Position numbers and translations under genes: made by a program
NCBI GenBank assembly: GCA_964244895.1
Contig: CAXTKV010000036.1
Coordinates: 1-32,156 of the forward strand
Reading direction: 5' to 3'
DNA from: an uncultured Deinococcales bacterium
Lineage (GTDB): Bacteria > Deinococcota > Deinococci > Deinococcales > JAAFIG01
DNA: 32,156 nucleotides
The notes under the pieces: model-generated
Seen by the model: only the letters and a program-made list of their open reading frames with translations
Databases searched by the model: none
Told to the model about the DNA's origin: nothing
Part shown: piece after piece, positions 27,780 through 32,156 of the stretch
Layout: each line of letters starts with the position of its first letter
Numbering within the stretch: the stretch's first letter is position 1

Positions 27780-28663
27780 AGCACCTGGAAGCCAACAACC
27801 GTCACGATTTCGTCCTGCTCTTTGATGTCCTCGATGGCAACCCGAACGGCGACCCGGACGCCGGGAATCTGCCACGAGTAGACCCAGAAACCGGTCAGGG
27901 TCTCGTGACCGATGTGGCCTTGAAGCGCAAGGTTCGCAATTACGTGGACGAACTGATGGGCGAAGATGAACGTTACAAGATTTACGTGCAACAGGGCGCG
28001 ATCCTGAACAACCAGCATCAACGGGCTTACAAAGGACTCGGTTTGACCTCCAAATCCAAGGAGGAGGCACCAGGTGTACGAAAATGGATGTGCGACAATT
28101 TCTTCGACATTCGAGCCTTCGGGGCCGTGATGAGCACCGAAGTGAATTGCGGGCAAGTTCGTGGCCCAGTACAACTCACGTTCTCGAGAAGCATCGACCG
28201 CATTCTGCCACTCGATGCCGCGATCACCCGTGTTGCCCTGACCAAATCGGATGAAAAGAACACCAAGCAAAATGACGATGGCGAAGATACTGCCCGCAGC
28301 GGCATGATCGGTCACAAAGCCTTCATTCCATACGGCCTGTATCGCGCTCACGGCTACTACGTTCCCAGTTACGCCAAAGATACCGGTTTTGACAGCGATG
28401 ACCTGGAGATCCTCTGGCGCAGCCTGCAAAACATGTGGGATTTGGACCGCAGCGCCTCTCGAGGCAGCACCGCCTGCCGTGGCTTGTACGTGTTCAGTCA
28501 CGACTCGAGCCTCGGCAACGCACCGAGTCACAAACTGTTCGGACGCATCAACATCGATCCACTCGAGGGCAAAGCGGCACGAAAGTTCCAGGATTACACC
28601 GTGCGGGTGGACGAATCGGACCTGCCCCAGGGCGTCACGTTGACCAGACTTCTCGAAGGCTGA
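27776..28663 (+). CDS. cas7c: Type I-C Cas7/Csd2
   Basis: GNPNGDPDAGNLPRVD, TDVALKRKVRNY, FFDIRAFGAVM, GQVRGPVQ, YGLY. Confidence 0.97.
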   Translation: MKHLEANNRHDFVLLFDVLDGNPNGDPDAGNLPRVDPETGQGLVTDVALKRKVRNYVDELMGEDERYKIYVQQGAILNNQHQRAYKGLGLTSKSKEEAPGVRKWMCDNFFDIRAFGAVMSTEVNCGQVRGPVQLTFSRSIDRILPLDAAITRVALTKSDEKNTKQNDDGEDTARSGMIGHKAFIPYGLYRAHGYYVPSYAKDTGFDSDDLEILWRSLQNMWDLDRSASRGSTACRGLYVFSHDSSLGNAPSHKLFGRINIDPLEGKAARKFQDYTVRVDESDLPQGVTLTRLLEG

Positions 28664-28664
28664 C

Positions 28665-29312
28665 ATGCCCGACCTCGAGCCCATCGCCCTGTCCGCGTTG
28701 CAGCATTACGCTTACTGCCCCCGGCAGTGCGCGCTGATTCACGTCGAGCAGGTCTGGAGCGAAAACGTCTACACCGAGCGTGGCGCGCGCTTGCACACCC
28801 GCGCCGACGAACCAGAGTGGGAAATGCTCGAGGGCGTGCGCGTCGAACGGGCATTGCCGCTGTACTCCGACGCGCTCAGATTGGTGGGCCGCGCTGACAT
28901 CGTGGAATTCTTACCGGATGGCACGCCGTACCCGGTCGAGTACAAGAGCGGCAAGAAAAAACGCACCTCCGATGCGACCACCGCTGAACTCACCAGACTG
29001 TGCGACGACATTCAGCTTTGCGCGCAAGCCCTGTGCTTCGAGGAGATGATGCGCGCGAGCATCCCTCGGGGCGCGGTGTACCACGCGGGCAGCAAACGCC
29101 GCCGGGAGATCATGTTCACGCCCGCGTTGCGCGCTCGCACGCTCAAGGTGATCGACGATGTGCGTGCCATGCTCGAGGCTCGGGTCACGCCCGCACCTGT
29201 GAACGACGCGCGATGCACGCACTGCTCGCTGATCGAAGCGTGCATGCCGGACTTGCCCACACTCGAGCTATTCGACCCTTTTCAGCTCGAGATGATTGAA
29301 GGTGCGCCATGA
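28665..29312 (+). CDS. cas4: Cas4
   Basis: SALQHYAYCPRQC, ADIVE, PVEYK, QLCAQA, CTHCSLIEAC (4-Cys Fe-S cluster). Confidence 0.97.
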   Translation: MPDLEPIALSALQHYAYCPRQCALIHVEQVWSENVYTERGARLHTRADEPEWEMLEGVRVERALPLYSDALRLVGRADIVEFLPDGTPYPVEYKSGKKKRTSDATTAELTRLCDDIQLCAQALCFEEMMRASIPRGAVYHAGSKRRREIMFTPALRARTLKVIDDVRAMLEARVTPAPVNDARCTHCSLIEACMPDLPTLELFDPFQLEMIEGAP

Positions 29313-30343
29313 GCACAGTGCTGAACACACTGTTTGTGCAGACCCAGGGCGCGTACCTGCACCTCGAGACGGACACCGTCCGTCTGGATGTTGAGGGCGA
29401 ACTGAAGGCCCGCATCCCGCTACACCATCTTTCCGGCATCACGGTGTTCGGACAGGTGATGCTCAGCCCGTTCCTGATCGGTCGTTGCGCGCAGGATGGG
29501 CGAGACATCACCTGGCTTTCCAGGTCAGGGCGCTTTCAAGGCCGGTTGCACGGCCCCGTCAGCGGCAACGTGCTCTTACGCAAAGCACAACACGACGCGC
29601 TGAACAACCCCAAACGCACCCTCGAGATCGCCAAACGCTTCGTGGTGGGGAAACTCCAGAACGCGCGGGGCACGCTGCTCCGCGCCGCCCGCGAAAGCGA
29701 AACCGAGAGCGATCAGACGGCGCTGCGCGACGCGGCCCGCAGCCACGCGAGCGCCATCACCTTGCTGCGCGACTGCTCGAGCCTGGACGAACTGCGCGGT
29801 GTGGAAGGCATCACCGCCAAAGCGTACTTCGCGGCGTTTACCAACCTGGTGCGAACCAACCGTGACGACTTCACCTTCACCGAGCGCAGCAAACGCCCCC
29901 CTCGAGATCCGATCAATGCATTGTTGAGCTTCACCTATGCACTCTTGACGGGTGATTGTGTCGCCGCCCTCGAGGGTGTCGGGCTCGACCCGCAAGTCGG
30001 TTTCCTGCACGTGTTGCGTCCCGGACGGCCCGCGCTCGCGCTGGATTTGATGGAAGAGTTCCGCTCGAGCCTGGCTGACCGCCTCGCGCTGACGCTGATT
30101 AACCGTGGGCAGATCACGCGAGCAGATTTCGACGAGCGTACAGGCGGCGCGTGGTCGCTCAACGAGACCGGACGCAAAACCGTGCTGGTCGCGTACCAGA
30201 AGCGTAAGCAGGAAGAAATCACCCACCCCACTACGGACAAAACCATCCCGATGGCGCTCGTACCGCACGTGCAAGCCCGACTGCTCGCCCGACACGTGCG
30301 CGGCGAATTCGAGCAATACCCGCCGTTCATCCCGAAGGTCTGA
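29309..30343 (+). CDS. cas1: Type I-C Cas1
   Basis: LNTLFVQTQGAYL, SGNVLLR, LRGVEG, RPPRDPINALLSF, GFLH, LDLMEEFR. Confidence 0.98.
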   Translation: MSTVLNTLFVQTQGAYLHLETDTVRLDVEGELKARIPLHHLSGITVFGQVMLSPFLIGRCAQDGRDITWLSRSGRFQGRLHGPVSGNVLLRKAQHDALNNPKRTLEIAKRFVVGKLQNARGTLLRAARESETESDQTALRDAARSHASAITLLRDCSSLDELRGVEGITAKAYFAAFTNLVRTNRDDFTFTERSKRPPRDPINALLSFTYALLTGDCVAALEGVGLDPQVGFLHVLRPGRPALALDLMEEFRSSLADRLALTLINRGQITRADFDERTGGAWSLNETGRKTVLVAYQKRKQEEITHPTTDKTIPMALVPHVQARLLARHVRGEFEQYPPFIPKV

Positions 30344-30345
30344 GC

Positions 30346-30636
30346 ATGGATATTCTAGTGAGCTACGATGTCAACACGGAAACCCGCGAAGGTCGCCGCC
30401 GACTGAGGCACGTAGCGAAACTCTGTCAGGCATACGGGCAACGCGTGCAATTCAGCGTCTTCGAGTGTCACGTAGACGATGTACAGTACGAAGCGCTGCG
30501 ACACAGGCTGGTGAAGGTGATCGAACCGAGCCAGGACAGCATCCGGCTTTACAAACTGCGGCAACCTCGAGATCAAAGCGTCGAAACCTACGGCATCGAC
30601 CGGTACGTGGACTTCAACGACCCGCTCGTTTTGTAA
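30346..30636 (+). CDS. cas2: Cas2
   Basis: ILVSYDV..RRLRHVAKLCQAYGQRVQFSVFEC..DSIRLY. Confidence 0.98.
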   Translation: MDILVSYDVNTETREGRRRLRHVAKLCQAYGQRVQFSVFECHVDDVQYEALRHRLVKVIEPSQDSIRLYKLRQPRDQSVETYGIDRYVDFNDPLVL

Positions 30637-30815
30637 TCCGCGAACCTCGAGTGCTGCCGGAAACTCGGGGAGGTTCGCGGAATCGAATATCGGCTTGCAG
30701 CACGGGTTTCTTGACAATTGAGGATGACACAGATGAAACTGATGGAGATGCAAACGGAGGGGTTCGCGGAAAGGAGCGAAAAACAGCGTGCTACACGGCA
30801 CGTGCGACACCCTCC
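30637..30815 (+). promoter_or_regulatory. CRISPR leader with inverted and direct GGTTCGCGGA motifs
   Basis: Non-coding stretch between cas2 and repeat 1; TCCGCGAACCTC (30637-30648), GAGGTTCGCGGA (30670-30681) and a third GGTTCGCGGA (30761-30770). Confidence 0.85.
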
Positions 30816-32146
30816 GTCGAGCACGGCTTCGGTCGTGCTCGAGGATTGAAACACCGTCCCGTACGGGGTTACGGGTGATTCAGGGCGTCGAGCACGGCTT
30901 CGGTCGTGCTCGAGGATTGAAACGTGACGAACGCCTCGTATTTCTGATGGATCGGCGTCGAGCACGGCTTCGGTCGTGCTCGAGGATTGAAACGATTACT
31001 CGAGCCGTCCGGCGATGGTGGACAGCCTCGTCGAGCACGGCTTCGGTCGTGCTCGAGGATTGAAACCAGTTTTGTACCCTGAAGGCTGCAAGTGACCCGG
31101 TCGAGCACGGCTTCGGTCGTGCTCGAGGATTGAAACATCTTGAAATCAGCCTGTCGCGTGACTTCAGAGCCGTCGAGCACGGCTTCGGTCGTGCTCGAGG
31201 ATTGAAACATTCGCGACCGCGACGCGTGGCGCACCGGGCCGATCGTCGAGCACGGCTTCGGTCGTGCTCGAGGATTGAAACTGATCCTCGCCACTGGCTT
31301 TTACATGCGCGACCACGTCGAGCACGGCTTCGGTCGTGCTCGAGGATTGAAACGATGATCTCGAGCGTCGTCACCACCCCACCGCGCGAGTCGAGCACGG
31401 CTTCGGTCGTGCTCGAGGATTGAAACCCGATGCCGAGGACATCGCAAACATCGACCAGCACGTCGAGCACGGCTTCGGTCGTGCTCGAGGATTGAAACAT
31501 GCGCGAGGATCGCGCCCAGGTGCTCGAGCGCCGGTCGAGCACGGCTTCGGTCGTGCTCGAGGATTGAAACTGGATGAGCGTGTTGACGCTCGCCCCCTCA
31601 TCGCCCGTCGAGCACGGCTTCGGTCGTGCTCGAGGATTGAAACGGGTTGACCTCGAGCTGCCACGCCCTCGGGCCGCCGGTCGAGCACGGCTTCGGTCGT
31701 GCTCGAGGATTGAAACCTCTGCGCCCATTGCAACAAGCCCCGAGGCAAACACGTCGAGCACGGCTTCGGTCGTGCTCGAGGATTGAAACATTTTGTTGCA
31801 CCGCAGGGCGTGATCCCTCGAGGTCGAGCACGGCTTCGGTCGTGCTCGAGGATTGAAACAGTATCGCGCGACCGTGGACGGGCAACGCAAAAGGTCGAGC
31901 ACGGCTTCGGTCGTGCTCGAGGATTGAAACATCTATCTCAAATGCCATGTGGCCTCCAACACCGTGTCGAGCACGGCTTCGGTCGTGCTCGAGGATTGAA
32001 ACAGGGTAAACCCTGGCGCTTGTGGCGTAACCATGCTCGTCGAGCACGGCTTCGGTCGTGCTCGAGGATTGAAACTTCGAGTGGTTGGCAGAGCGCGGAA
32101 GCGCGGGGGGTCGAGCACGGCTTCGGTCGTGCTCGAGGATTGAAAC
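30816..32146 (+). CRISPR. Type I-C CRISPR array: 19 identical 37-nt repeats, 18 full spacers of 33-36 nt, continuing beyond the window
   Basis: Repeat GTCGAGCACGGCTTCGGTCGTGCTCGAGGATTGAAAC starts at 30816, 30887, 30957, 31030, 31100, 31172, 31245, 31317, 31390, 31462, 31534, 31607, 31680, 31753, 31823, 31894, 31966, 32039, 32110. It forms an 11-bp stem (one G-U pair) with a cUUCGg loop; the 3' ATTGAAAC sets the orientation. Confidence 0.99.
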
Positions 32147-32156
32147 AGCAAACCAC

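Noticed and set aside
22798..30636. Absence of cas6
   Set aside because: Normal for type I-C, where Cas5c processes the crRNA.
30711..30716. Perfect TTGACA in the leader
   Set aside because: No convincing -10 element at 16-18 nt spacing, so the promoter was not called.
30788..32156. ORFs spanning the CRISPR array
   Set aside because: Translations of repeat-spacer units, not genes.

Overview
GC-rich bacterial DNA, probably Deinococcota. This is inferred from strong CTCGAG over-representation, a Thermus-like 37-nt type I-C repeat, -10 boxes directly before start codons, and lipoprotein plus outer-membrane barrel genes. From left to right: (1) a minus-strand three-gene cluster encoding DUF2278/YukJ+lamin-tail, a DUF2252 kinase-like protein, and a NAL1-like serine protease fused to an S1/P1-nuclease/PLC-type domain; (2) a CTCGAG-poor patch of hypothetical membrane/secreted genes ending in a decayed IS256 transposase; (3) a minus-strand five-gene envelope operon (Ig-repeat lipoprotein, M23 peptidase-ricin-Ig lipoprotein, lipoprotein, small beta-barrel, amidase lipoprotein), divergent from a wHTH-TPR regulator; (4) a small ORF bracketed by inverted repeats; (5) a 49-aa secreted pro-peptide gene followed by a TPR-wHTH regulator, an HTH-WYL regulator, a complete type I-C cas operon (cas3-5-8c-7-4-1-2), a leader and a CRISPR array (19 repeats, running off the window end). 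The best candidates for undescribed biology are the peptide/TPR-receptor cassette heading the WYL-CRISPR locus and the protease-nuclease fusion that looks like a cleavage-activated zymogen. All family calls come from motif recognition by eye; no database searches were run.
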